A DNA stretch of 64,000 nucleotides from Dehalococcoidia bacterium (lineage in GTDB: Bacteria; Chloroflexota; Dehalococcoidia; Bin125): the NCBI GenBank assembly GCA_963663235.2, contig CAXXNO010000008.1, forward strand, positions 160,001-224,000, in the 5' to 3' direction. Position numbers and translations under genes: made by a program. This document shows, one piece after another, positions 1 to 9,492 of this stretch. How positions within the stretch are numbered: position 1 is the first letter of the stretch; each line of letters opens with the position of its first letter. The notes under the pieces were generated by a model. It did no database searches. It was not told where the DNA came from and worked only from the letters and a program-made list of their open reading frames with translations.

Positions 1-230
1 CGGCGCCTATGATTGGGCGCTGGTGATGTTCATCGGGGCCTTCGGCGCGTCGTCGGCTCTGTTCTGGGTGGCAGGACGGCTGCGACATCCGGCTCCCACG
101 CCGCCGCGGCCCGCTCTGGAGCCGTAAGCGGGGCCTCCGGCCAAGTCGCCTGCAGGGAGAGCGCGACAGTAGCCACGGGGATGGCCTAGCGTAGCCCAGC
201 AGATGGCCAGCGTCGGCGACAAGGAGACAC

Positions 231-1469
231 ATGACCCGGCAGGCCCTCGAGCACCTACGTATTTGTGACTTCACGGGTCAGCTGGCTGGTGCGGGCGCGA
301 CAAAGTTCCTCGCCGCCTTCGGAGCGCAGGTGATCCGCATTGAGGATCCGGCGGTGCAGGGCCGCTGGGACGTCCTCCGGGGCGCGCCACCCTTTGTTGA
401 CCGTCGCCGCGGCATCAACTTGGGTGGCGCCTTCAACAACCACAACGTGGAGAAGCTAGGCATCACGATCGATCTCCGCAGCGAAAAAGGCCGCGATCTC
501 CTTCGACGCCTCATCGCCGTCTCCGACGCAGTCACCGAGAACTTCTCCGCCGGCGTGCTGGAGCGGCTGGGCTTCGGCTACGAGCAACTCAAGGCGATCA
601 AGCCTGACATCGTCTATGTCTCCAATTGTGGATTCGGCCACTCCGGCCCCTATCGCGACTACAAGACCTGGGGGCCCGTTGTGCAGGCGGTCTCCGGCCT
701 GACGTTTACTTCTGGCCTGCCCGATCTGCCGCCGGCTGGCTGGGGCTACTCCTATATGGATCACACCGGCGCCTACTTCATGGCCATGGCGGTGCTCTTG
801 GCGCTCAAGCACCGCAACCGCACCGGCGAAGGCCAGCATGTCGACATGGCCGCAACCGAAGCCGCCGCCGCGCTGAGCGGCCCCGCGATCCTCGACTACA
901 CGGTCAACGGGCGGCCGTCGCGCCGCGCGGGCATGCCGCACAGCAATCGCAGCCAGTATCCGCCGATGGCGCCGCACGGCGTGTATCCCGCCGCCGGCGA
1001 CGACGACTGGGTGGCGATCGCTTGCCGCAACGACGCCGACTGGCATGCCATCCAGCGTGTCGTCGACGAGCCCTGGGTTCATAAGGACTGCTTTGCCCGG
1101 CTCCAGGGCCGCCGCGAACACGAGGACGACCTGGACGCGCGCGTGGGAGAGTGGACCCGTCGGCGCGATCCGCGCGAGACGGCGCGGCTCCTCCAAGCTG
1201 CCGGTGTTCCGGCTTCGGCAGTCCAGCGGCCGCAGCAACGGATCGACCAGGACCCCAACACGAGCGCATGGGGTCTCTGGCCCACCGTCAATCACGCGGA
1301 GATGGGCGAGGTCCGCGTCGACGGCATCCCGGTGCATCTCTCCGAGACGGATTGGTCCATCACCCGTGCCGCACCGCGTTTGGGCGAGCACAACGACTAC
1401 GTCTTCGGCGAGATCCTGGGCCTGAGCACCGGAGAAATCGAGGGACTGCGGGCGGAGGGCGTGATTTGA
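231..1469 (+). CDS. Class III CoA-transferase (CaiB/BaiF family)
   Basis: 412 aa; N-terminal L.HLRICDFT...GA.VIRIE, ENFSAGVLERLG, and C-terminal APRLGEHN motifs typical of the family; RBS AAGGAG upstream. Confidence 0.9.
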   Translation: MTRQALEHLRICDFTGQLAGAGATKFLAAFGAQVIRIEDPAVQGRWDVLRGAPPFVDRRRGINLGGAFNNHNVEKLGITIDLRSEKGRDLLRRLIAVSDAVTENFSAGVLERLGFGYEQLKAIKPDIVYVSNCGFGHSGPYRDYKTWGPVVQAVSGLTFTSGLPDLPPAGWGYSYMDHTGAYFMAMAVLLALKHRNRTGEGQHVDMAATEAAAALSGPAILDYTVNGRPSRRAGMPHSNRSQYPPMAPHGVYPAAGDDDWVAIACRNDADWHAIQRVVDEPWVHKDCFARLQGRREHEDDLDARVGEWTRRRDPRETARLLQAAGVPASAVQRPQQRIDQDPNTSAWGLWPTVNHAEMGEVRVDGIPVHLSETDWSITRAAPRLGEHNDYVFGEILGLSTGEIEGLRAEGVI

Positions 1470-2752
1470 CCGACGACTCGTTGCCGGGTGCGCTCGCCGG
1501 CTTGCGCGTGATCGAGTGGTGCGACGAGAAGGGCGCGTATGCCGGCAAGCTCTTAGCCGACATGGGTGCCGATGTCATCAAGGTCGAGCCGCTTCACGGC
1601 GATCCCACCCGCCAGTACGCGCCCTTCGCCGACGACCAGCCGCATCCGGAGCGCAGCCTCTGGTGGTGGCAGTACAACACCAGCAAACGAGGCATCACGC
1701 TGAACCTGGAGGTGGAGCGAGGTCGTCAGCTGTTCCAGGAGTTGGTCGCCACCGCGGACGTGGTCATCGAGAGTCGGCCGCCGGGGGAGATGGCCGCTTG
1801 GGGTATCGACTACGGTGACCTCAAGCCGCGCAACGCCTCCTTGATCTGGGTCGCGATCACCCCCTTCGGCCGCGACGGCTCCCGCGCCCACGAAGAAGCG
1901 ACCGACCTCACCCTCCTCGCCGGCGGCGGCCCGGTCTGGATGAACGGCTACGACGACCATTCGCTGCCCCCTGTTCGCGGTGGTGGCAACCAGGGCTATC
2001 ACACGGGCTGCCACTACGCGTTCTTGACGCTCTTGGTCGCGCTCCTGCACCGCGACGAGACCGGTGAAGGCCAATTCATCGACGTGAACATGCACGCCGC
2101 CGCCAACGTCACTACTGAGGCCGGTAGCTATGAGTGGCTCGTCCGGCAGCGCACCGTGCAGCGCCAGACCGGCCGGCACGCGGCGGCGAATCCCACCATC
2201 CCCACGCAGGTTCGCTGCGCCGACGGCGTCTACATCAATACCGGCATCGCGCCCCGCCGGCCCCACGAGTTCCGCCGCATCCACGACTGGCTCGAGGACC
2301 TCTGCCTCCTCGACCAATTCGATGCGGCGCCGATCTTGCTCGTGGCAGCCGAGGGCGAGGAGATCCCGCCCGGCCGCATCTACGATGACGAAGAGGCTGC
2401 GGCCAAGGTCACCGCCGGCCGCGAAGGGATCAACGTCATCGCCGCCAATCTCACGGCTGGCGAGTTCTTCAGTCAGGGACAGGCGCGCGGTTTCCAGTTC
2501 GGCATCGTCTACGCACCGGAGGAGATGATGGAGGACCGGCACTTTATCGCGCGCGGGTTCCCGGTAGAAGTCGAGCATCCCGAGTTGGGCCGCGCGTTCC
2601 GCTATCCCGGCGCGCCCTATCGCTTCCAGCGCTCACCTTGGCGGATCGCGGGCCGTGCTCCACTGCTGGGCGAGGACAATGGTGCCGTATACGGCGAGCT
2701 CGGCCTGAGCGACCAGGATCTGGCGCAACTGAAGGCGGACGGGGTGATCTAG
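1466..2752 (+). CDS. Class III CoA-transferase, second subunit or paralogue
   Basis: TTG start overlapping the upstream TGA; LAGLRVIE...GADVIKVEP, NTSKRGITLNL and APLLGEDN motifs. Confidence 0.85.
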   Translation: MTDDSLPGALAGLRVIEWCDEKGAYAGKLLADMGADVIKVEPLHGDPTRQYAPFADDQPHPERSLWWWQYNTSKRGITLNLEVERGRQLFQELVATADVVIESRPPGEMAAWGIDYGDLKPRNASLIWVAITPFGRDGSRAHEEATDLTLLAGGGPVWMNGYDDHSLPPVRGGGNQGYHTGCHYAFLTLLVALLHRDETGEGQFIDVNMHAAANVTTEAGSYEWLVRQRTVQRQTGRHAAANPTIPTQVRCADGVYINTGIAPRRPHEFRRIHDWLEDLCLLDQFDAAPILLVAAEGEEIPPGRIYDDEEAAAKVTAGREGINVIAANLTAGEFFSQGQARGFQFGIVYAPEEMMEDRHFIARGFPVEVEHPELGRAFRYPGAPYRFQRSPWRIAGRAPLLGEDNGAVYGELGLSDQDLAQLKADGVI

Positions 2753-3447
2753 CGCTGAGTCTCTTCCGCCCGGGCAACCGGCCGTCGTGGCTGGAAAAGC
2801 CAGACCTCCGGCTCGCTGGGAAGATCATTCGGGCCGATGGCGAGCGAATCGACGTCCAGCCGCCGCACCGTGTGCTGTCTCGCCAGCCATGCAATCGGCG
2901 GCTTCAGCGTGGATTCCACCGTGGTCAACCCCTCGATGTAATAGTGCATCGGAATGACCACGCGCGGCGCCAGCAACGCCACGACGTGATCGATCTCCTC
3001 GTAGCTCAGTAGGTGACAGGAGTCGTCCACGGTGATCATCAGGACATCGACATCGCCGAGCTCCTCCTGCGCGGCCGCCGGGATCTCGTGGCGGTTATCG
3101 CCCAGATGGCAATACCGCACGCCGCCACTCTGAATCGTGAAGATGGTGTTCCGCATCCGGCCCTGGCCGGGCGCGCTGACATGGATGTCTGACACGCCGC
3201 ACACCGTCACGTCGCGGCGCCGAAACTCCCCGGGGCCTCGCAGCACCGACGGCTGTCCGGGCAAGCCATCGACGGCGTTGTGATCGAAGTGCTCATGGGT
3301 CACGAGCGCGATCTCCGTTTTGACGGAGGGTGTCGGCGCCAGAAACCAGCGATAGCGGGAAGTGTTGCCGAACGGATCGCTGAGGACGCTGACCCCCTGG
3401 GGCGACGTCCACATGAAGGTGCAATGCCCATAGTACGTCAGCGTCAT
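2749..3447 (-). CDS. MBL-fold metallo-hydrolase
   Basis: YYGHCTF, THEHFDH, HLGD and IPMHY motifs. Confidence 0.8.
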   Translation of the reverse strand: MTLTYYGHCTFMWTSPQGVSVLSDPFGNTSRYRWFLAPTPSVKTEIALVTHEHFDHNAVDGLPGQPSVLRGPGEFRRRDVTVCGVSDIHVSAPGQGRMRNTIFTIQSGGVRYCHLGDNRHEIPAAAQEELGDVDVLMITVDDSCHLLSYEEIDHVVALLAPRVVIPMHYYIEGLTTVESTLKPPIAWLARQHTVRRLDVDSLAIGPNDLPSEPEVWLFQPRRPVARAEETQR

Positions 3448-3528
3448 GCTCGGCACTGTAGCAGTGGCGCCGAGGTCCGTCGTAGAGTTGGATGGCAGAA
3501 AGCAGCGTGCCGCTCTCCCATCGGTCGA

Positions 3529-3921
3529 TCAGTCACGCAGCTCATCAAGACGATGGAGGAGGGCCGACACGCCCGACACTCCCGCTCCCAGCTCCTGCAC
3601 GCGCTGCCGCAACGTGCGGTCTGACGTCACCACCGTCAGCGACTCTGGCATGGAATCGTCCGCCACTATCTCCACGATGCGGTCGTCGGCGGCATCGCGA
3701 CCCCGACGACGCGCGTAGAGGAGCTGCACGCCCTCGTACTTGCCCTCCGGAAAGCCCGGCAGCGGGCGCCCCTCCAGCACAACGCTCACGCTCTCGCCGG
3801 TCTCGGCCGCGAGGTGCTGGAGTCGCTCAATCAGCGACCGCGCCGCTGCGGGGCGATCGCGCCACCATCCCGATGGCCTCGCCCCGATGACGTTCATCGC
3901 GTCCACGACGAGACGGGTCAC
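3529..3921 (-). CDS. NYN/PIN-like domain protein (YacP-like)
   Basis: LVVDAMNVIG, ADDRIVE and VVTSDRTL acidic motifs. Confidence 0.75.
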   Translation of the reverse strand: MTRLVVDAMNVIGARPSGWWRDRPAAARSLIERLQHLAAETGESVSVVLEGRPLPGFPEGKYEGVQLLYARRRGRDAADDRIVEIVADDSMPESLTVVTSDRTLRQRVQELGAGVSGVSALLHRLDELRD

Positions 3922-3972
3922 CTCACCGCCGCCTGGGGCAGCCCGCTGTGCGGACGGCTCGCACGCACAGCG

Positions 3973-4737
3973 CTATCGCAGTCGCTGCTCGCCGACCCCC
4001 GGCATGATCCACACCGTCGGTTCGGGCGCTGCAAATTGCAGCCCCTCCTGGTCAGGCGTCAGGCCGGTGATTGTCAGCTGAAACGGTGTCAGGTAGCGGA
4101 TCTCTCCGCCCTCCAAGCGAAACGGTCGGTCGTGGCCCGGGTACACAATGTCGGCGGCTCCCAGCATCTTCCGGATGCTGTCGTTCGCTTCCTGCTCGTT
4201 CCAGAAGACCAGCGGATTCCGGCCTGTCAGCGCGATCCGAGCGAAGTGGACGGCATCGCCGCTCACACCGGCGATGCCGCTGTCGGTCTCCACGAGCAAG
4301 CCCATGCTTCCAGGTGAGTGCCCCGGCAGCTCGATGACTCGCACACCCTTGGCCAGTTCGTCGCCTTCGACGACCTCCTGAATGCGAGTGGTTTCGATTG
4401 CCACGCCCGTCCATTGGGGCGTGGCCCAGTCGTTGGCGTGCGGCCGCTGAGCGTAGCGGCGCTCGCGCGGATGGATCAGCATGGGCGCTCTCGGGAAAAT
4501 GTCGAAGTTCTGCACGTGGTCCCAGTGTGCGTGGGTCATGAGCACCACGTCGATGTCATCGGTGGTCAGCCCGCGTTGCGCTAATGCTTCCGTCAGGGCA
4601 ACCCGTCGACCCACATGCGCCGTATCCACTAGGATTCTGCGCCCCTCGGATTCCACCAGGAGGACAGAGCAGAAGGCGGGCCGGCCGCTATCAGTCCCCC
4701 ACGACATACCGGGTAGCAAGACGTCGACCGTAGCCAT
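3973..4737 (-). CDS. MBL-fold metallo-hydrolase (lactonase/glyoxalase II-like)
   Basis: ATG at 4737 after GAGGAGG-like RBS; ILVDT, THAHWDH, PGHSPGS, SGDA and PGHD motifs. Confidence 0.8.
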   Translation of the reverse strand: MATVDVLLPGMSWGTDSGRPAFCSVLLVESEGRRILVDTAHVGRRVALTEALAQRGLTTDDIDVVLMTHAHWDHVQNFDIFPRAPMLIHPRERRYAQRPHANDWATPQWTGVAIETTRIQEVVEGDELAKGVRVIELPGHSPGSMGLLVETDSGIAGVSGDAVHFARIALTGRNPLVFWNEQEANDSIRKMLGAADIVYPGHDRPFRLEGGEIRYLTPFQLTITGLTPDQEGLQFAAPEPTVWIMPGVGEQRLR

Positions 4738-5262
4738 TGATTCCTCCTCTTGCGCGATGGATATGCATTCGATGATCGCTGCGTACGCCGTCTGACCGGC
4801 GTATTCTGCGCGAACCGTTGCCGGAGGTCCATTCCGGCAGTGATCACGCGTCTGTGTCCCGCCGTGGGGGACTCGCGCCGTCCCGATTCCGCACATCCTT
4901 CTCCGTGAATCGCCGGGCGCTGGTGGAGCCGATGTCGGCTGGGCCTTCCGGTGATGGGCGGCACGACGCCGTCCACCCGCCGATGATGCCGGCCTAGAGC
5001 GGGATTCGGCCCACGCCGTCTGACCGCCCTGCCCATTCGGCCGGGTCGTGCCGCGGCGAGTCCTCGATTCCGAGCGTCCCGTCCAAACTCCCACGTCGGC
5101 CATTCGCGTGCTGCGACGCCGCCTTCCGCGACCAGGACATGGAAATCGCCCGATCTCTCGGATGGACGTGGTCCTCCGAGTTAATGAAAGGGGACGCGTT
5201 TGTCGACGATCTGATCGGACAGGTCCCTGCGTTTTCGCGGGCGAGGGTCAAATGCGATTCCG

Positions 5263-5877
5263 ATGAATCCGACAGATTTTCTTGGGGCGACGATCGACCG
5301 GGAAGAGCCTGTGCACGCGCTTCGCGATTCGAACACGTGCCTGCCGAATGCACCACTTTTCCTCGACCGCCTCACTCACGCGTTGGTCCGGGGTACACGA
5401 TCCAACGCCGTCCTTGGCGTGCTGGTCGTCGATGTTGCGCCCGCAGTCGAGCTTGGTAATCCCGTCGACGGTGAACAGATCATGCGCACCCTGGCCGGAT
5501 GCATCACAGACACGCTGCGAAGCTCGGACACGGTTGCGCGGGTCGGCTCGGATGGATTTGCCGTCGTGCTGGAGGACGCCACAAACGCACTCAGCGCGGA
5601 GATGGTGACCGTGCGGATCCTTGACGCGCTGCGACCGCCGTTTGCCACCCAAGGACGTGAATTCCGCGTCGTTGCGAAGATCGGGCTAGCGTCCAGCATC
5701 CCGCCACATCCAAGACCGGAGGTGTTGCTGCGCGAAGCGGCGACCGCATTACACCGCGCTCAGGCCAAGGAGGGTTCGGGCTACGCGGTCTTCGACGCGT
5801 ACCACGACGCCCACGTCCTCGAGCAGCTGTCGGCGCCGCCGCGGTTCACCGCTGGCCGTGCGGCGCCTGCGGCATAG
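5263..5877 (+). CDS. GGDEF-domain protein with degenerate active site
   Basis: D..T.LPN..LF.DRL and LRSSDTVARVGSDGFAVVL align to the GGDEF fold, but GGDEF reads GSDGF. Confidence 0.7.
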   Translation: MNPTDFLGATIDREEPVHALRDSNTCLPNAPLFLDRLTHALVRGTRSNAVLGVLVVDVAPAVELGNPVDGEQIMRTLAGCITDTLRSSDTVARVGSDGFAVVLEDATNALSAEMVTVRILDALRPPFATQGREFRVVAKIGLASSIPPHPRPEVLLREAATALHRAQAKEGSGYAVFDAYHDAHVLEQLSAPPRFTAGRAAPAA

Positions 5878-6354
5878 AGCCGTCCCATGCCGCTCCTCAG
5901 GTCGGCCCTGATGTCGGCCGGCCGGGCGGGGACCTTCTCCTCCAAGGATGGTGCGGCGGATGCTCGCCAGGGCCGGTGCTGGTACCGCAGCTGAAAGCTC
6001 GCCGGTAGTCGCGGCGGCCGCCCGGCGTCTTCATGGGCTGTACGTTCGTACCCACGCCTTCGCGCCGCCACCAAGCATCCATGCATCGTGAGGCAACCTC
6101 GGTGGTGTTGTCGTGTCGTTGGCCACCGTTACGCTTGCGTCGTGCCGAGGGGGTTCCCTCCGCTATGCTGAGGCGACCGATCCCGGGGATTTGAGCGGGA
6201 GAGGCGGAGACACTGGCGCAACGGCCGCACGCCACGACGCGAATCGGCACGTTCCGCCAGGCTGGACGTGGTGGTCAGGACGACGCGCACTTCCGGTGCC
6301 CCTGGAGCGACAGCCGACACGGCTCTCGAAAGATCCGAGAAGAGCACTCCGCAC

Positions 6355-6430
6355 GGGCCCTTAGCTCAGCTGGCAGAGCAGCGGACTTTTAATCCGAAGG
6401 TCCAGGGTTCGAATCCCTGAGGGCCCACCA
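6355..6430 (+). tRNA. tRNA-Lys(TTT), CCA encoded; attL of the island
   Basis: 76 nt cloverleaf: GGGCCC acceptor stem, D-arm TAGCTCAGCTGGCAGAGC, anticodon loop CTTTTAA, T-arm CAGGG-TTCGAAT-CCCTG. Confidence 0.97.
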
Positions 6431-6566
6431 CCCGCTTCTTCATGGGACCGCCGCGAAGCCGGCCCGAATCGGGCCATGAGCAGCGGACTGCAAATGTTCG
6501 GCTCCGGAATGCGCTTGACTTCGTCCTCCGCCAGAGCGTCCATGGACCGGCCGAAGGGAGGCGTGC

Positions 6567-7530
6567 ATGGCGGCGGAATTCACGCCCGACCCGGGTGAGG
6601 GGACCGGCCTGGATGAGGCCATCGCGGCCTACCTGGCGGCCTGCGAGGTGGAGGGCAAGACCCCGCGCACCGTCCAGGCCTACGCCGAGACCCTGCGCCG
6701 CTTCCGCGCCATCTGCGCCGCCGAAGGCCTGCCCGATCGGGTCGCGGCCTTCCGCGCGGCCCACGTCTACGCCTTCCTCAAGGTCATCTCAGACAGCGGC
6801 GTCTCCCTAGGGACCCGGCACCGCCGCTTCCGCGAGACCCGCGCCTTCTTCTCCTGGTGCACTCGCATGGGCTATACGGCGCGGAACCCCTTCACGGGCA
6901 TCCCCAACGTCAAGGTCGAGCAGAAGGTGATCCAGCCGCTCACCGAGGACGAGATCCAGGCGCTGCTGGCGGTCTGTGATCCCGCCGGCGAGTTCGGCTG
7001 CCGCAACCGGGCGATCATTCTCCTCTTCCTCGACACCGGCCTGCGCTACGCCGAGCTCCACGGCCTCACCCTGGAGGATGTCGACTGGGAGGCCGGCCGC
7101 ATCCATGTCCGCCACGGCAAGGGGCGCAAACAGCGCGTGGTGGCGTTCGGCGCCGGGCCCTCCGGCGCCTTGCGGGACTACGTCGACCGCTTCCGCGGTG
7201 CGGTCCCGGGGGCCCTGTTCCTCACCATCCCGCGGCGGACGCAGCCGCGGCGCCCGATGAACCCGTACCTCTTGGGGACGCTCTTCCAGCGCCTGGGCGT
7301 GCGGGCCGGCGTCCACGCCAATCCCGCATCGCTTCCGGCACACCTTCGCCACCTGGGCGATCGAGAACCACGCCCGGGAGCTGGACGTGCAGTACCTCTT
7401 GGGCCACTCCACCTCGGCGATGGTGCGGCGCTACTCGGCGACCTACGACGCGGCCAAGGCGGCCGCCGCGCACGCCGCCTTCAGCCCCGCCGCCCGCTTG
7501 CTCGCAACCGAGGCCAGCGCGGGCGGCTAA
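6567..7530 (+). pseudogene. Tyrosine recombinase/integrase int1, +1 frameshift near 7325 (may be a sequencing error)
   Basis: Highly similar to 37286-38245. TGLRYAE and HGKGRK in frame; AATCCCGCAT has an extra C before HRFRHTF; LGHS...RRY follow in the shifted frame to TAA 7528-7530. Confidence 0.9.
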
Positions 7531-7536
7531 GCCGGC

Positions 7537-7577
7537 TTCCCAAGCAGAGGGTCGCGGGTTCGAATCCCTTCTCCCGC
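7537..7577 (+). other. 3' half of a tRNA-Gly(CCC) gene (att-like site)
   Basis: TTCCCAA-GCAGA-GGGTC-GCGGG-TTCGAAT-CCCTT-CTCCCGC corresponds to anticodon loop, stem, T-arm and acceptor strand; no 5' half is present. Confidence 0.8.
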
Positions 7578-8702
7578 TGTGGTGTTTCAAAACCCTATCG
7601 GCCTTGTGTGAGTCGCGTCCGCCAGAGAGTCTTCGCGCGGAGGGACGGCGATGTGGCTCTATTGGCGACTGTTTCTGGTCAGGCTGGGAATGCTCGGCCG
7701 GCGGCGACGGGATCTGATCCTCGAGAACCTGATTCTGCGCCAGCAGCTGGCGGTGTGGGAACGGTCCGGACGTCGACCGCGGCTCCAGACGCGCGACCGC
7801 CGGTTCTGGTCCGTCACGGCGCGGAACTGGGCCGGCTGGCGTGCGCATCTGCAGCTCGTTCAACCGGCGACCGTCATCGGGTGGCATCGGTTTGTCTGGC
7901 GCCGATACTGGCGCTGGAAGAGCCGGGGCGGTCAGCTCGGCCGGGTGCGGATCGATCTGGAGACGCGCCGCCTGATTGACCGGCTGGCAGCGGAGAATCC
8001 CACGTGAGGCGTGCGCCGCATCGCAGCCGAGTTCGCTGTGCTGGGGCACCCCGTGAGTCCCACAACGGTCTATCGTTATCGCCGAATCAGGCCGGCGCCG
8101 TCGCCCACCTGGCGGACCTTTCTGCGCCTGCATGCCCCCGAAATCTGGGCGGCCGACTTTTTCACCGTGCAGACGCTTACCTTGCGGACGTTCTACGTCT
8201 TCTTCGTGATCAGTCACGACCGCCGCCGGATCCTGCATGGGAACGTGACCGCGCACCCCACGGCGCCCTGGGTCTGGCGGCAGATCATCGCCGCCACCCC
8301 GTGGAACACGGCGCCTCGCTTCCTGATCCGCGACCGGGATCGCAACGACGGCGGTCACTTCGTGCCGAAGGCGGCGGCCCTGGGGATCGAAACGATCTTG
8401 ACCCCCGTGCGAGCCCCCAAAGCCAACGCGATCGCGGAGCGGGTGATTGGCACGATCCGGCGAGAGTGTCTGGACCATCTCATCGTGCTCACGGAACGGC
8501 ATCTCCGGCGGGTGCTCCGCGAGTACGTCGCCTACGACAACGACACGCGTCCCCACCAGTCTCTGGGCGACCAGCCGCCATCCGGTCCGCGGACGCCGAC
8601 GCTCCGTGGTGGGGCGCAGCGCCTAGCGAGCCGGCCGATTCTGGGCGGCTTACACCATGAGTACTTCTGGGATGCAGCGTGATGAGGTTTTGAAACACCA
8701 CA
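7578..8702 (+). mobile_element. TGT...ACA IS with rve (integrase-core) transposase, IS481/IS3-like; copy a, ORF 7651-8682 with nonsense TGA at 8005-8007
   Basis: Perfect 17 bp IR TGTGGTGTTTCAAAACC; DDE motifs WAADFF / IRDRD / AERVIG; sister copy 48128-49252 has TGG at that codon. Confidence 0.9.
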
Positions 8703-8989
8703 GGTCTTGCCTGATTGAGCATCAACCTTGTGATTGTGGTCACAACCATCCCGGACGAGGGGGGCACAGACACGCGTCCCGGACTCTGCAGTCGGTCTCA
8801 GGATGATCTAGACTCCCTCGAGTCGTACCGCAGGAGTTCGGGACGCTCCAGCGCATCCGATTATCGATGGGGGGCTACCTACTCGCAGATATCAGTACTC
8901 GCTTTTCCACTGTGATCGCTCGTGGCTGGCTTGCACTCGGTTGAGGCGACACAGAAATTAACCGGAGACGCTTCGGAAAGAGGGGAACT

Positions 8990-9394
8990 TTGAAGAAAAC
9001 GTATTCGTCACCGGAGGGCCACTGGATCACTCCGATCAAGATCAATCACTCGCACGGCATCAGGGCGGGGAACATGATCTTCGTGGGAGGGCAAGTCGAT
9101 TTCGACGATAAGGGAAATCTGCAGCATCCGGGTGACATCGTGACCCAGACTCGCGCGGCGATGGATAACCTGAAGCGGATAGTGGAAGATCTGGGCGCCA
9201 CGATGGATGACGTGGTGCAGATCAACACCTTCTATGCCGGAGAAGCCACCGAGGAGGACTGGGTACGCTGCGCCGAGATCCGGTTCGGCTACTTCAAAGC
9301 CCCCGGCCCAACGGCTACCGGCATACACGTGGGGAAACAACTGAACCTCCCTGGTCTCATGGTGGAGGTCAATGCCATCGCGGTCGTTGATTAG
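8990..9394 (+). CDS. RidA/YjgF/UK114 family protein
   Basis: GIRAGNMIFVGGQV...GDIVTQTR...PTATGI...MVEVNAIAV. Confidence 0.85.
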   Translation: MKKTYSSPEGHWITPIKINHSHGIRAGNMIFVGGQVDFDDKGNLQHPGDIVTQTRAAMDNLKRIVEDLGATMDDVVQINTFYAGEATEEDWVRCAEIRFGYFKAPGPTATGIHVGKQLNLPGLMVEVNAIAVVD

Positions 9395-9492
9395 TGGCTA
9401 TGCTTCCACGGGCGTGGATGCAGTCGCATTCGCTTGAGCGATCTTTTTTCCACGGCGTTGCCGAGAACATTGAGGAATCGAGAGGGTGACTC

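Noticed and set aside
7537-7577. Functional or split tRNA-Gly
   Set aside because: No 5' half in the window, a T-stem mismatch and no CCA; it fits an att remnant better.
6567-7979. Long integrase-transposase fusion ORFs (also 19859-21304)
   Set aside because: These are read-through products of frameshifts across an IS junction; the fused parts are out-of-frame sequence.
8005-8007. TGA-as-Trp recoding in the transposase
   Set aside because: TGA ends many normal genes here and the sister copy has TGG, so this is a simple nonsense change or error.
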